A stretch of DNA of 64,000 nt, from assembly GCA_963739345.1 (NCBI GenBank), contig CAVUAA010000002.1, positions 266,713-330,712 of the forward strand. Direction: 5' to 3'. Positions 27,319 through 36,536 of this stretch are shown here, one piece after another. A program made the translations under genes and the position numbers. The notes under the pieces are model-generated. The model made no database searches. It worked only from the letters and a program-made list of their open reading frames with translations, and was not told where the DNA came from. The DNA comes from an uncultured Verrucomicrobiae bacterium. Lineage in GTDB: Bacteria > Chlamydiota > Chlamydiia > Chlamydiales > JAFEGQ01. Positions within the stretch are counted from its first letter, which is position 1. Each line of letters opens with the position of its first letter.

Positions 27319-28370
27319 TACTTCTTCATCCGCTCACGAGCGACGCGAGAAATTTTGTTCCACCCACCAGATAGACCCATGGCGCTGAACATCTCTTTGG
27401 CGGTGGTGTTGGTCACTTCGATCATCCGCTCGGTCCCTTCATAGAGAATCTGCTCGACAAGCCCCTTCTCTTTTGCAAAATGGGCTCGCCGCTCACGGAT
27501 GGGATCTAAAAAAGTGTTGAGCGCCTCGATTAACGCCTGTTTCACCTCAACATCACCAATACTTCCCTCTCTATACCGCTTCTTGAACTCTTCGACCTCC
27601 CCCATGTTGGGGTTAAAGACGTCATGTAGCTGAAAAACAGGGTTCCCTTCGACTCTACCAGGAATGTCAGCACTCACCCGGTTGGGATCGGTGTACATTC
27701 CGCGCACCTTCTTCTCGACCGCCTTGGCGTCGTCACAGAGGAAGATGCTGTTGCCAGCAGACTTGCTCATCTTTCCCTGCCCATCGGTCCCCATCAGGGT
27801 GGGAAAGTCACTAAGCATCACCTCGGGAACGGGAAGGGTCTCGCCGTAGAGCTGATTGAACCGGCGGGCGATCAGCCGGCTGATCTCGATGTGCGCCTCG
27901 TTGTCCTTACCGACGGGGACGATATGCGCCTTAGGGGCCAAAATATCGGCTGTCATCAGGACAGGATAACCGATCAGTCCAAACGGGATCCTCTCAGGGT
28001 CAATATGAGCGTTGCGGGCCATCTCTTTCAAACTGGGAAGGCCAGTGAGTCGGTTGAGACCAACGAGCATCTCCAAGATGAGGTTCATCTGATAGATCGC
28101 CGGGAGGGCGGATTGCAGGTAGAGAGTGCTTTTGCTCGGATTGATCCCCACCGCGAGCCAGTCGAGCACCATCTCACGGGTGTTGTTCCGAACCTCAAGA
28201 ATATCGCTCTTCTCTCGCTTGGTGGTAAGCGTGTGGAGATCGGCAACAAAGAAATAGCAGTCGTATTTCTCCTGCAGCGCGACCCGGTTGGCTATCGAGC
28301 CAACCCAATGCCCCAAATGCAAGAATCCAGTGGGTCGGTCACCCGAGACAATTCTTTTTTTTTCGCTCAC
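27318..28370 (-). CDS. trpS: Tryptophan--tRNA ligase
   Basis: 350 aa. [17 protein letters not shown] (HIGH-type) and [11 protein letters not shown] (KMSKS). The GTG start overlaps the upstream permease stop (GTGA). Confidence 0.95.
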   Translation of the reverse strand: MSEKKRIVSGDRPTGFLHLGHWVGSIANRVALQEKYDCYFFVADLHTLTTKREKSDILEVRNNTREMVLDWLAVGINPSKSTLYLQSALPAIYQMNLILEMLVGLNRLTGLPSLKEMARNAHIDPERIPFGLIGYPVLMTADILAPKAHIVPVGKDNEAHIEISRLIARRFNQLYGETLPVPEVMLSDFPTLMGTDGQGKMSKSAGNSIFLCDDAKAVEKKVRGMYTDPNRVSADIPGRVEGNPVFQLHDVFNPNMGEVEEFKKRYREGSIGDVEVKQALIEALNTFLDPIRERRAHFAKEKGLVEQILYEGTERMIEVTNTTAKEMFSAMGLSGGWNKISRVARERMKK

Positions 28371-29587
28371 GAACCCTCCTTCAGCAGCACCGCCGCGACA
28401 TCAGTATCAATAAACTCGATCACAATCGCAAGCGCAAAAAAGGCAAACGCAATAATGAGGGAAATGGGTCCGCCGGCCACCCGGTAGTCGTGCTTTCGGT
28501 GCCGAATGTAGCGGTCTGCGAAGACCATGGCGACGGGAAACAGCCCAAGTAAAATTGCGACGAAAAGGCCTGCGTAGGAGAGGGCAGCGATGAAGCCGTT
28601 GGGGTAGGCCCAGGCGAAGATGAGGGGCGGAGCGAAGGTGAGGACGACGACGACGGCTCGTCCCATCCGCGAGTTCTCCACCCGTAAACCGTCCCGTAGA
28701 AAATCTGAAAGACTGAGGGAGACGCCCAAGAAGCTGGTGACGATGGCGAAGAAGGAGAGGAGGGCGGTGGCAGCTCCAATCATGGGACTGTTGGTGAGCC
28801 TCTCGAGAGTACCGGTCAGTGTTGCAGCGGGCTGGCCCGAACGGAGCATAGCGAAAAGGTTATCGAGGGGGACGGAGCCGACGATGAGTAGCTGCCAGAT
28901 GATGTAGATGATGAGGGGGACGGAGGTGCCGATTAAAAGGGTGTAGCGGATCGCCTTTAAATCCCGCTCTAAGTAGTTGACCAAGACGGGGATGATGATA
29001 TGAAAACCAAAGGAGGTGAGAACGAGAGTGAGGGGGACAATCGTATATTGGGGCCAGGCACGGGCGAGCAGATCCGATTGGATGTGGGGGGAGATGAGGA
29101 CGACCAAAATCACGTAAACGAGAACAAACCCTAGCACCAAAAATCGGTTGAGGTAGTCGACGGAGCGGACGCCAAGGTAGACGAAGAGGCCAAAGATGAT
29201 GACGAACGGGATGGGACCCCACCACTTACTCAGCTCAACATTGAATACCTCATGTAGCCCCTCTATGAGAAGCGCACCGCTCCCCGAGATGTAGGCGGCG
29301 GTAAGAGAGTAGAGAAGGAGAAGGTAGCAAGCCCAAGCGATCACCTCGCCCACAGGTCCGAGCGTCCGCCTTGCCATGGAGACGAGGTTGACCCGCCCCT
29401 CCATGCTAATATTGGTCTCGAGAAAGAGGAAGGCGGTGTAGGCCATGAATCCCCAAACGATGATAAACAGGACGATCGATGGCCAGAAGCCGGCAATTCC
29501 TGAGCTAACCGGAAGAGCCAACATCGCTGCGCCAATGGTCGTCCCGGCGACCAAAAGAACGCCACCCAACATCCGTAGGGTGTTCAT
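28367..29587 (-). CDS. tyrP: Aromatic amino acid (Tyr/Trp) permease, TyrP/Mtr/TnaB (HAAAP) family, copy 1
   Basis: 406 aa, ~11 TM. N-terminal [24 protein letters not shown], paralogous to the adjacent gene. ATGA overlap with the upstream gene. Confidence 0.7.
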   Translation of the reverse strand: MNTLRMLGGVLLVAGTTIGAAMLALPVSSGIAGFWPSIVLFIIVWGFMAYTAFLFLETNISMEGRVNLVSMARRTLGPVGEVIAWACYLLLLYSLTAAYISGSGALLIEGLHEVFNVELSKWWGPIPFVIIFGLFVYLGVRSVDYLNRFLVLGFVLVYVILVVLISPHIQSDLLARAWPQYTIVPLTLVLTSFGFHIIIPVLVNYLERDLKAIRYTLLIGTSVPLIIYIIWQLLIVGSVPLDNLFAMLRSGQPAATLTGTLERLTNSPMIGAATALLSFFAIVTSFLGVSLSLSDFLRDGLRVENSRMGRAVVVVLTFAPPLIFAWAYPNGFIAALSYAGLFVAILLGLFPVAMVFADRYIRHRKHDYRVAGGPISLIIAFAFFALAIVIEFIDTDVAAVLLKEGS

Positions 29588-30786
29588 ATCACGCTAGCCT
29601 GATGAAGCGCCTGAACGACCATGACGAACAGAGAAAAGAGAATGACAGCGACGAGGAGCGGTCTGCCGCCAAACATGGCTCGCTCGACGATCGCTTTCTT
29701 TCGATACCGAGCTACCCACACCATCAGCGCTGGCATGATTCCAAAGAGGACGACCGCCCCAAACGCACCGGCCAGCTCAAGCGCCTGGATGAAAATCCGT
29801 GGGTTGTAGAGGGAGGCGACGAAGGGGGGGACTACTGCCAATATCACAAGCCCAATGCGGGCGGGGCGGGAATTGGGTGCGTGAAAGCCGTCAGCCAAGA
29901 AGTGGACGAGGCTAAGAGCTTGAGCCAAAAAGCTGGTGACGATGGCGAAGAAGGAAAAATACTGAACAACGACGGTGACCCAACCAAGGCCAACCGATTC
30001 ACGCAACACCTGGCCCACCAGATCTCCCCGCGCAGCGCTAGCGGCTATCTGGTCTGCTGGCACCAGCCCTAAGATCACCAGCTCAAACAGCAAATACCCA
30101 ATCAAAGGGAGGGTGGTGCCGGCAATCACAGCGATCCTGAGCTGCCGCATATTGGCATGGAGGTAGCGAGTAGCTGTGGGAATCATGTTGTGAAGTCCAA
30201 AGGCGATCACCACCACGGGGGCGCCGATCCACATCAGTTCCCAGTTGAAATAGCTGAGCAACTCAGCCCGAATCTGTGGCGCGCCAATGCCAAGCATCAA
30301 CAGGTAGGTGACGGCCAATCCAACCATCAACAATCGGTTGACGTAGTCAACCGCCTTGGTTCCAAAATAGATCAGAACGCCAAAGATAACGGTGCAGCAA
30401 AGGCCGCCAACCCACTGGGGAATGATCTGACTGGTGTAGTCCTCCCAGAAATCAGCCACCAGAGCACCACTCCCAGCCGCGTAGGCGATAAGAAGCAGAT
30501 AGAAGAGGTAGCAGAAGAGTATCCACGCTGCCGCCTGGCCAATTTTTCCAAGCGTTCGACCGGCCATGCTAACGATACTGACGTGGCTTCCCAGCCAGAC
30601 GTTCACCTCAAGCAACAACAGAGCAGTTGTGGTCATGAAGAGCCAGCCGATCAAAAAGATCACCACCGCGGGAACAAACCCGGCCAATCCGGTCACCACT
30701 GGAAGGGCGAGCATACCGGCACCAATGCAGCTGCCGGCCATCAAGAGGGTAATCCCGAGCAGGCGTGTCCGGTCGTGTTCAAGCAT
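29584..30786 (-). CDS. tyrP: Aromatic amino acid (Tyr/Trp) permease, TyrP/Mtr/TnaB (HAAAP) family, copy 2
   Basis: 400 aa, ~11 TM. LLMAGSCIGAGMLALPVVTGLAGF. The start overlaps the thyX stop (TAATG). Confidence 0.7.
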   Translation of the reverse strand: MLEHDRTRLLGITLLMAGSCIGAGMLALPVVTGLAGFVPAVVIFLIGWLFMTTTALLLLEVNVWLGSHVSIVSMAGRTLGKIGQAAAWILFCYLFYLLLIAYAAGSGALVADFWEDYTSQIIPQWVGGLCCTVIFGVLIYFGTKAVDYVNRLLMVGLAVTYLLMLGIGAPQIRAELLSYFNWELMWIGAPVVVIAFGLHNMIPTATRYLHANMRQLRIAVIAGTTLPLIGYLLFELVILGLVPADQIAASAARGDLVGQVLRESVGLGWVTVVVQYFSFFAIVTSFLAQALSLVHFLADGFHAPNSRPARIGLVILAVVPPFVASLYNPRIFIQALELAGAFGAVVLFGIMPALMVWVARYRKKAIVERAMFGGRPLLVAVILFSLFVMVVQALHQASVI

Positions 30787-32420
30787 TAGGTATTGGCCGC
30801 CTTTTTCTTAGCAGTTCGCTCTTCTTGTCCGAGGCGTCCGAGATCGTGACCATCATAGTCGACAAACTTGAAGAACTTCTCAAAGAGGGGGATCTGCCGC
30901 ACCACCTCGCGCGCCATCTCCTGCGCCACCCACCGGTAGTTGGGGTGGCCGGCCGGCTGCGATCTCAATTCGCACAACCACTGCAGCGCCCGTAAATTAA
31001 TCTGGAAATACCACCGAATATTAAAGCCCATCGGAACGATATACTGCGCCTCTTCTGGCAACTCGGTGGCGATCGTTTTCCACGCCTCATACGCCTGGTT
31101 CATCGCCTTGTGATACTGATCCCCTAGGTCGATGTCGTCTAGCTCTGTTGGGAAGTAATAGCCATGTTCGCATCCAAGCGTTTGCCGCTCCTGCGTACAC
31201 ATCCGGTGTCGATGAAGGTCGCGGTAGGCGCCAAAGTCGGCAATAATCTCAAACGTGAAATTGGCATGTTCAAGGGCGCGCGGCGACTTGTGTCGACGAT
31301 TCTCTCTAGGGTCACATACGGCATCGAACATGGCGCCCAGCTCCTCATCGGAAAGTCCCGCACAATAGGTCTGCAGGTCAGCCAGCGTCCGGCGCGAACC
31401 GTCATAGAGTAGTGCGCCGGCCACTTTAGACGCAGCCCCCTCTTCCCACTGGATCAGCCGAACCCCCTTGCCCCGCTCACCTACATCGTTCACTTTCGAT
31501 TCATGCGTTCCATGGATGTGATCGAGCCCCGACTTGAGCGCATCGCGGTAGTCAGAAAAACCCTGATGGTGCCGGTGCGACGGCTCCGAACGCCTCACAA
31601 ACGACGGAATCACTTTAGAGAGCTCCTCATGTCCCTTCCTCCCCACATCTTGCAATTCGGCCAGGTTCTCCGTCTGCAATTTGTGGAGCATCGTCTCAAA
31701 GAAACGACCATTTCCATACAGCCCCATATTTGTCAGCGTCGAAGCTGGCAGTAACCCACGAAGACAGTCGAGCACCTTCGCTCGAATTGCCGCCCGATAA
31801 GCCACCTTGCTCGTCTCCTCACCCTTCGGAAATTTCCGCTCCATCTCTTCTGTCAGCGGGGGAATCAGCCCGCTATAGGTCTCGAACAACATGTTGCACG
31901 TGTCCAGATAGAGATCGCGGTAGGCCGATGTCATCAACACCGGCTCTCGATAAAAAAGATAATCGCCCTTTACCTTCTGATCGAAGTAGATATACCTAGT
32001 CGACTTCTCAAGAGGGGAGCCCCCAATACGACAATCTTCAATCACCTTCGCCGCCAACATCGAAATCTGTTCAATGGCCAGATGGGCGCCGCCCAGCTCT
32101 CCGATCGAATCATCCCCATACCCATCCAAAATCCGGTCGTAGAATTTTTGTGCCCTCTGGATGGCCACCACCTGTCCATCGGCACCCTCTGCTCCCCCAG
32201 AACCGACAATTGTCTCGAAAGCGGTCTCTTCATTGAGGATAAATTCCTTCAACAAGAGCGAGCGCAAGCCGAGCGTTGAGCGACTATATCTGGAGAAGAG
32301 CGCCCCCTTCATCACCTCGGGCAAGTTTCTAAGAACAAAGATGTTGCTAGAGGAACTGGTAACAAAACGTTCCAGCACCTTCAGCTGGCTGTCGGTGAAT
32401 TCTTCATAATCTTCAATCAT
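30786..32420 (-). CDS. thyX: FAD-dependent thymidylate synthase, long chlamydial-type ThyX
   Basis: 544 aa. YRDLHRHRMCTQERQ (RHR motif region) and INLRALQWLCELRSQPAGHPNYRWVAQEM, resembling ThyX helices. The length matches the ~530-aa chlamydial form as I recall it. Confidence 0.7.
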   Translation of the reverse strand: MIEDYEEFTDSQLKVLERFVTSSSSNIFVLRNLPEVMKGALFSRYSRSTLGLRSLLLKEFILNEETAFETIVGSGGAEGADGQVVAIQRAQKFYDRILDGYGDDSIGELGGAHLAIEQISMLAAKVIEDCRIGGSPLEKSTRYIYFDQKVKGDYLFYREPVLMTSAYRDLYLDTCNMLFETYSGLIPPLTEEMERKFPKGEETSKVAYRAAIRAKVLDCLRGLLPASTLTNMGLYGNGRFFETMLHKLQTENLAELQDVGRKGHEELSKVIPSFVRRSEPSHRHHQGFSDYRDALKSGLDHIHGTHESKVNDVGERGKGVRLIQWEEGAASKVAGALLYDGSRRTLADLQTYCAGLSDEELGAMFDAVCDPRENRRHKSPRALEHANFTFEIIADFGAYRDLHRHRMCTQERQTLGCEHGYYFPTELDDIDLGDQYHKAMNQAYEAWKTIATELPEEAQYIVPMGFNIRWYFQINLRALQWLCELRSQPAGHPNYRWVAQEMAREVVRQIPLFEKFFKFVDYDGHDLGRLGQEERTAKKKAANT

Positions 32421-32814
32421 CTATGCCTCCTGCAAGATAGGGAATTTTGCCATGTTTGCGCTTCCCTATCAAGGAGAATGCTTGCTTGCCCCAGTCGAAG
32501 ATGCCCCACACAACCTCTGGGGTGGCGTCGTTCGGCCTCCTGCCCTCCACCGCGACCCCGGGGATTCTGGTTGGCATCTACAACTGGGGAAAAACGGTCA
32601 ATAACCCTGTCAATCGTGTGTACATAGATTGTCGACAGTTGTGTCGATAGCCTTAATCAGTCGATAAGTCGCCGTTTCCACACCGCCTGTACACACGTTT
32701 TCGACTAAGGCCGCCCCAGAGCCCCTCCCCTAAACCATCGACACTTCCACAGCCTCCGAAGAAGAAGATTATTATCTCTATAGAGAGAGACATCTCTCTT
32801 CGTCCTCCAATCCC

Positions 32815-32843
32815 TTGACCTACCAGGGGTAGGCCTTTAAACT
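32815..32843 (+). promoter_or_regulatory. Candidate sigma70-type promoter for hemB with inverted repeat in the spacer
   Basis: TTGACC 32815-32820, 17-nt spacer containing CCTACC-AGG-GGTAGG, TAAACT 32838-32843; about 150 nt upstream of the hemB ATG. Confidence 0.35.
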
Positions 32844-32904
32844 CATTTCCATGCTAAGGAGAGGCGTATTGCATAGACCGATTGCACGCATTGCGCCAGC
32901 ATTC

Positions 32905-32984
32905 GGCTTTGGGGTTGTTGCAGAAACGTACCCCTACTCACCGAGTATGTGACCCGCGTCTGCAACAACCCCAAAACCAAAGCC
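32905..32984 (+). promoter_or_regulatory. Long stem-loop in the hemB leader
   Basis: GGCTTTGGGGTTGTTGCAGA (32905-32924) pairs with TCTGCAACAACCCC(AAAACC)AAAGCC (32959-32984): 20 bp with one 6-nt bulge and a 34-nt loop. The 3' arm ends 7 nt before ATG 32992. Mirrored spurious ORFs on both strands result from it. Confidence 0.45.
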
Positions 32985-32991
32985 CAGCACA

Positions 32992-34017
32992 ATGCGTAGA
33001 TCGGATTCATGCAACACACCTCGCCGGAGACCTCGTCGCAATCGGAAGGACAGCACCACTCGTGCAATGATTCGTGAAACGCCACTTGCTGCTAGCGACT
33101 TGATTCGTCCCTACTTTGTTCTCGATGGAAAAGGGCGGCGAGAACCCATTGCCAGCATGCCAGGGATCGATCGGCTCTCAATCGACCTAGTTATCGACGA
33201 TGCGCGTGAGCTGCACGCGATGGGTGTTCCTGCGATCATCCTATTTCCTTACGTAGAGGGGCGTCACAAGGACGCGCGCGGTTCGGAGGCATGTAATCCT
33301 AACGGCACCCTTCCAACGGCTGTGAGAGCCATTAAAGAGGCTCTGCCGGAGCTTTGCGTGATCGCCGACATCGCCCTCGATCCCTACACGACGCACGGAC
33401 ACGACGGTTTGCTTAACGAGCGGGGAGAGGTTCTCAACGACCCGACGGTGGAGATTTTGGCTGAGTGGGCGGTGATGTTAGCAGCCGCTGGCGTCGACAT
33501 GGTGGCGCCAAGCGACATGATGGATGGGCGGGTGGGGGCAATTCGTCGCGCTCTTGACTTAGAGGAGCAACGACAGGTGAGCATCATGGCCTACTCGGCC
33601 AAATACGCCTCAGCGTTCTATGGCCCGTTTAGAGATGCTCTCCACTCGGCACCTCAGTTTGGGGATAAGAAGACCTATCAGATGGATCCGGCCAACGCCC
33701 GCGAAGCGATCCGCGAGTGTCTCCTCGACGAGGAGGAGGGAGCGGACTTTCTCATGGTGAAGCCGGCGATGCCCTATCTCGACATCATCACTCGTGTTCG
33801 TGAACAAACCACCCTGCCGATTGCCGCCTATCAGGTGAGTGGTGAATATGCCATGATTCAGGCGGCTGCCCAAAATGGGTGGCTTGACGGGGACCGCGCT
33901 CTCTTTGAAGCCGTGCTTGGCATCAAAAGAGCGGGCGCCGATATGATTCTCACATATGGCGCCCGCAAGATCGTCGAACTGCTACAAGCGCAGCCTGTTC
34001 TTAGTACTTCACAGTGA
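32992..34017 (+). CDS. hemB: Porphobilinogen synthase (delta-aminolevulinic acid dehydratase)
   Basis: 341 aa. RRRPRRNRKDSTTRAMIRETPLAASDLIRPYFV (typical HemB N-terminus), APSDMMDGRVGAIR, FLMVKPAMPYLDII, AYQVSGEYAM. Confidence 0.95.
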   Translation: MRRSDSCNTPRRRPRRNRKDSTTRAMIRETPLAASDLIRPYFVLDGKGRREPIASMPGIDRLSIDLVIDDARELHAMGVPAIILFPYVEGRHKDARGSEACNPNGTLPTAVRAIKEALPELCVIADIALDPYTTHGHDGLLNERGEVLNDPTVEILAEWAVMLAAAGVDMVAPSDMMDGRVGAIRRALDLEEQRQVSIMAYSAKYASAFYGPFRDALHSAPQFGDKKTYQMDPANAREAIRECLLDEEEGADFLMVKPAMPYLDIITRVREQTTLPIAAYQVSGEYAMIQAAAQNGWLDGDRALFEAVLGIKRAGADMILTYGARKIVELLQAQPVLSTSQ

Positions 34018-35008
34018 CGCCGACCGTTGGTCCACCAAAGCCGATATTGCGGCACCGGCCGGTGCCCTCTTGGATCGCCAGAAGCGTCCCAACCGGCGTT
34101 CCTGGGCGGTTGTCAAAGGCGATGGCAGACTGGTTAAACTGTATGATATTCCAGTAGTATTCGTACTCCCAACCGATAAAGAGAGAGAAGTCGATGTTGC
34201 AGATGCAACGAATGAAGGAGAGCTTGACGCTGGCGTCGAGTCCTGGGACGAAAATCGTGTTGCTGGCGTACGTGGCCCCGGTTGCGTCAAAAGGCCCAGT
34301 GCCGGCTCGCGCGGCACGCGAATAGTCGTGACGTCGTGAGCCGATCACCCCGACCGTTCCCAGTTCTGTGTCCAAGTGAAGGCAACTAAGTATAATGGCC
34401 TTAGATCCGATCCCTAGCCCAATTCCGCCGCCGTCAAAGGCGGAATGATCTCGGCTAAATAGTATTCCGCCATTAAGCTGGGCGCCGTTGATCTTTCTTG
34501 TCCCTTCGACATTGACCCAGCGGGCCTCAGCGAAGGCGTAGAGGGTACAGCATTTCGTCCTTGAGCAGGCGGTTCCCCAGCGGAGATTGGCATCCTGGTA
34601 TTGGTAGCAAAAGCTCTCAGAAGCGCGCGCTACAGGCTCTTCGCTCCCAAAATCCCGGATGAAAAGGTCTTGGATGGGACGAGATTGTGAGTCGCTACTG
34701 GTGCTGTCAAACCAGGTGTAACGGGCGCTGGCAAACCAGCAGTCAGCGTCATACCACGCCCCGACCCGAACTCCGACGTCAAATTCCGATTCTACAGCAA
34801 AGACTGTCTGTATAAAGGGAACGTTCAAAAGCGCGTAGTCGTCGTTGCAGACGATTGGGCGCCAGAAGAGCGCTTCCGCACTAAGGCCAAACTCGCCGCT
34901 GCAGCAGTCGTTTTTCGGCGGACAGCATGCTGACCGGACAATGAAAGATTGGTCGGCAAATGCCGTTGATCCAACCAATATGAGTAGTAGAGACAGCAGA
35001 CGTTTCAT
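34001..35008 (-). CDS. MOMP/OmpA-like outer-membrane beta-barrel protein, copy 11 (outside the array, coupled to nqrA)
   Basis: 335 aa. MKRLLSLLLILVGSTAFA, ACCPPKNDCCSGEFGLSAEALFWRP, YQYQDANLRWG, ARWVNV, GWEYEYYWNI, C-terminal GFGGPTVGVTVKY. The ATG overlaps the nqrA stop (ATGA). The 3' end overlaps the hemB 3' end by 17 nt. Confidence 0.75.
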   Translation of the reverse strand: MKRLLSLLLILVGSTAFADQSFIVRSACCPPKNDCCSGEFGLSAEALFWRPIVCNDDYALLNVPFIQTVFAVESEFDVGVRVGAWYDADCWFASARYTWFDSTSSDSQSRPIQDLFIRDFGSEEPVARASESFCYQYQDANLRWGTACSRTKCCTLYAFAEARWVNVEGTRKINGAQLNGGILFSRDHSAFDGGGIGLGIGSKAIILSCLHLDTELGTVGVIGSRRHDYSRAARAGTGPFDATGATYASNTIFVPGLDASVKLSFIRCICNIDFSLFIGWEYEYYWNIIQFNQSAIAFDNRPGTPVGTLLAIQEGTGRCRNIGFGGPTVGVTVKY

Positions 35009-36357
35009 TCAAATACCTCCTGGGATAGCGAAATAAGTCCTTCTTTGACGATGGATACCATTTCGATCTTTGAAGGGCAAATAAAAGTGGCGAGGGCGAA
35101 GTCCTCTGGTGCCACTTCCAAAATGCCGAGCGCTTCAGCCTGATCCCAATCTTGAGCGATCACTGACTTGACAAGGGGAGCGGTGGGGAGGCGCAGAGGC
35201 ATCACCTTGTCATAGACGTGGCTGTCGATGAACGCCCGCTCCTCTCCGTGGTTGCTGGTTGTGAAACCATATTTCCGGTTGGAAAGAAAGCCCGACCCAT
35301 AGGTGCGGCTGGCGGTGTATTTATTGAATCCAAGGCGGAGGAAGTGGAGGAATGGCCGCTTGTCATTGCGAGGGATGGCCGTGAAGGCGAAGTGGTTAAA
35401 GCCAAGGAAGTCCTGAGCCTCCCCTTTCCTCCCCATCAGCGGGTCCCCAGAGATGAGCCGGATCGGCTCGTTGGTCTCTCTACCGGCAATGAGGTTGCTG
35501 AGGGGGTGACCCCAACGAACTCGAAAATAGCCACGCCCCTCCGGCTTGATTCCGGTGCCGCCGATCCCAATGACCCGCTCGTAGTGGTATTTGCCGGTCA
35601 GAAGCATCTGCCCGATGCACACCACGTCGTGCGCATTCAGAGTCCAGATGAGACAGTCGGGGCCGTGGATGGGATCGATTCTCTGAATGTGGACTGAGTG
35701 ATTGGCCACCGGGTGGGGCCCGCTCGCGGTGTGCCTCTCCACGCTCGCCTCGGTGAACGCTCTGCAGACAGATCCCTTTTGGTGGACGAGATGAACAGGT
35801 CCACCCGAGAGCTTTTTCAATGCCTCAAGGCCGTAGGCAAACGCCTTTTCATGCCCCTCCACCTGCATCTCAGGCGGCGGGACAAACGGCGCCGACTCGA
35901 TCGCCTTGACAAAGATGCTTCGCGGCGTCTGGTTGGGATCGACCAGTAGGTTGAATGGGCGCATGTGGATGTGGGCGAAGAGGCCCACCTCACACATCTT
36001 GGCCACCAGCTCTTCACGCGTGGCCGCCGCTACATCAAATGAGCCGTAGTCGAAACAGGCTTCCGTCTCGCCCCGCTCGATCACCACTGCCAGCAGCCGC
36101 CGCTTCAGTCCGCGGCGAATCTCCATCACCGTCCCGCCAGCAGGGGAGACAAACTTTCTCTCTGGGTGCTTCTTGTCGAACAGAATTGCCTCGCCCCGCT
36201 CGACAGCGTCGCCCACCTTGACGAGCAGCTTGAACTTCACCTCTTCAAACGGATCGAGATCGAGTGCAAGCATGCGCGGAGAGGGCAATGTCTTGACCTC
36301 TCCAGATGGCTCACCCTTGATGGGTACGTTAAGACCGCGGCGGATACGAATGTGCAC
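35005..36357 (-). CDS. nqrA: Na+-translocating NADH:quinone oxidoreductase subunit A
   Basis: 450 aa. MHIRIRRGLNVPIKGEPSGEV..., a typical NqrA N-terminus, and typical length. No nqrB-F follow it. Confidence 0.9.
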   Translation of the reverse strand: MHIRIRRGLNVPIKGEPSGEVKTLPSPRMLALDLDPFEEVKFKLLVKVGDAVERGEAILFDKKHPERKFVSPAGGTVMEIRRGLKRRLLAVVIERGETEACFDYGSFDVAAATREELVAKMCEVGLFAHIHMRPFNLLVDPNQTPRSIFVKAIESAPFVPPPEMQVEGHEKAFAYGLEALKKLSGGPVHLVHQKGSVCRAFTEASVERHTASGPHPVANHSVHIQRIDPIHGPDCLIWTLNAHDVVCIGQMLLTGKYHYERVIGIGGTGIKPEGRGYFRVRWGHPLSNLIAGRETNEPIRLISGDPLMGRKGEAQDFLGFNHFAFTAIPRNDKRPFLHFLRLGFNKYTASRTYGSGFLSNRKYGFTTSNHGEERAFIDSHVYDKVMPLRLPTAPLVKSVIAQDWDQAEALGILEVAPEDFALATFICPSKIEMVSIVKEGLISLSQEVFE

Positions 36358-36389
36358 GAGAAAGTTCCCCTTTCTCGTGCACTATAGGC

Positions 36390-36428
36390 AGTGTTGCAAA
36401 AATCCGATATACGGATTTGCGCAACACT
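36390..36428. repeat. 39-bp palindrome upstream of nqrA, related to the arm of the 14371-14536 element
   Basis: AGTGTTGCAAAAATCCG (36390-36406), ATATA, CGGATTTGCGCAACACT (36412-36428): 17-bp arms with 2 mismatches. 36391-36415 matches 14376-14400 at 22 of 25 positions (hand alignment). It lies 33-71 nt upstream of the nqrA start. Confidence 0.6.
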
Positions 36429-36536
36429 TAGGGTTGGGCACCAAAAAGATGACTATCCCCCTTCGTCGGATACTCACTTTTTCGAGCCTGACCCGTCCTG
36501 GCCCTGACCTTCTTAGAGCTGGGCTATAGGGCGACC

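Noticed and set aside
28355-28363. A9 homopolymer (T9 on the plus strand) in codons 3-6 of trpS, considered as a phase-variation tract.
   Set aside because: It encodes EKKR in an essential housekeeping gene, and slippage would be lethal rather than regulatory. It is most likely just a Lys-rich N-terminus.
29602-30789. Plus-strand ORFs 29602..30072 (156 aa) and 30157..30789 (210 aa) opposite the tyrP paralogues.
   Set aside because: They are antisense to clearly polytopic permease genes, with charged low-complexity translations and no start context.
32843-33085. ORFs 32843..33085 (-) and 32882..33070 (+) upstream of and overlapping the hemB start.
   Set aside because: They are mirror products of the long leader stem-loop. 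The hemB N-terminus (RPRRNR...ETPL..DLIRPYFV) fixes the real frame.
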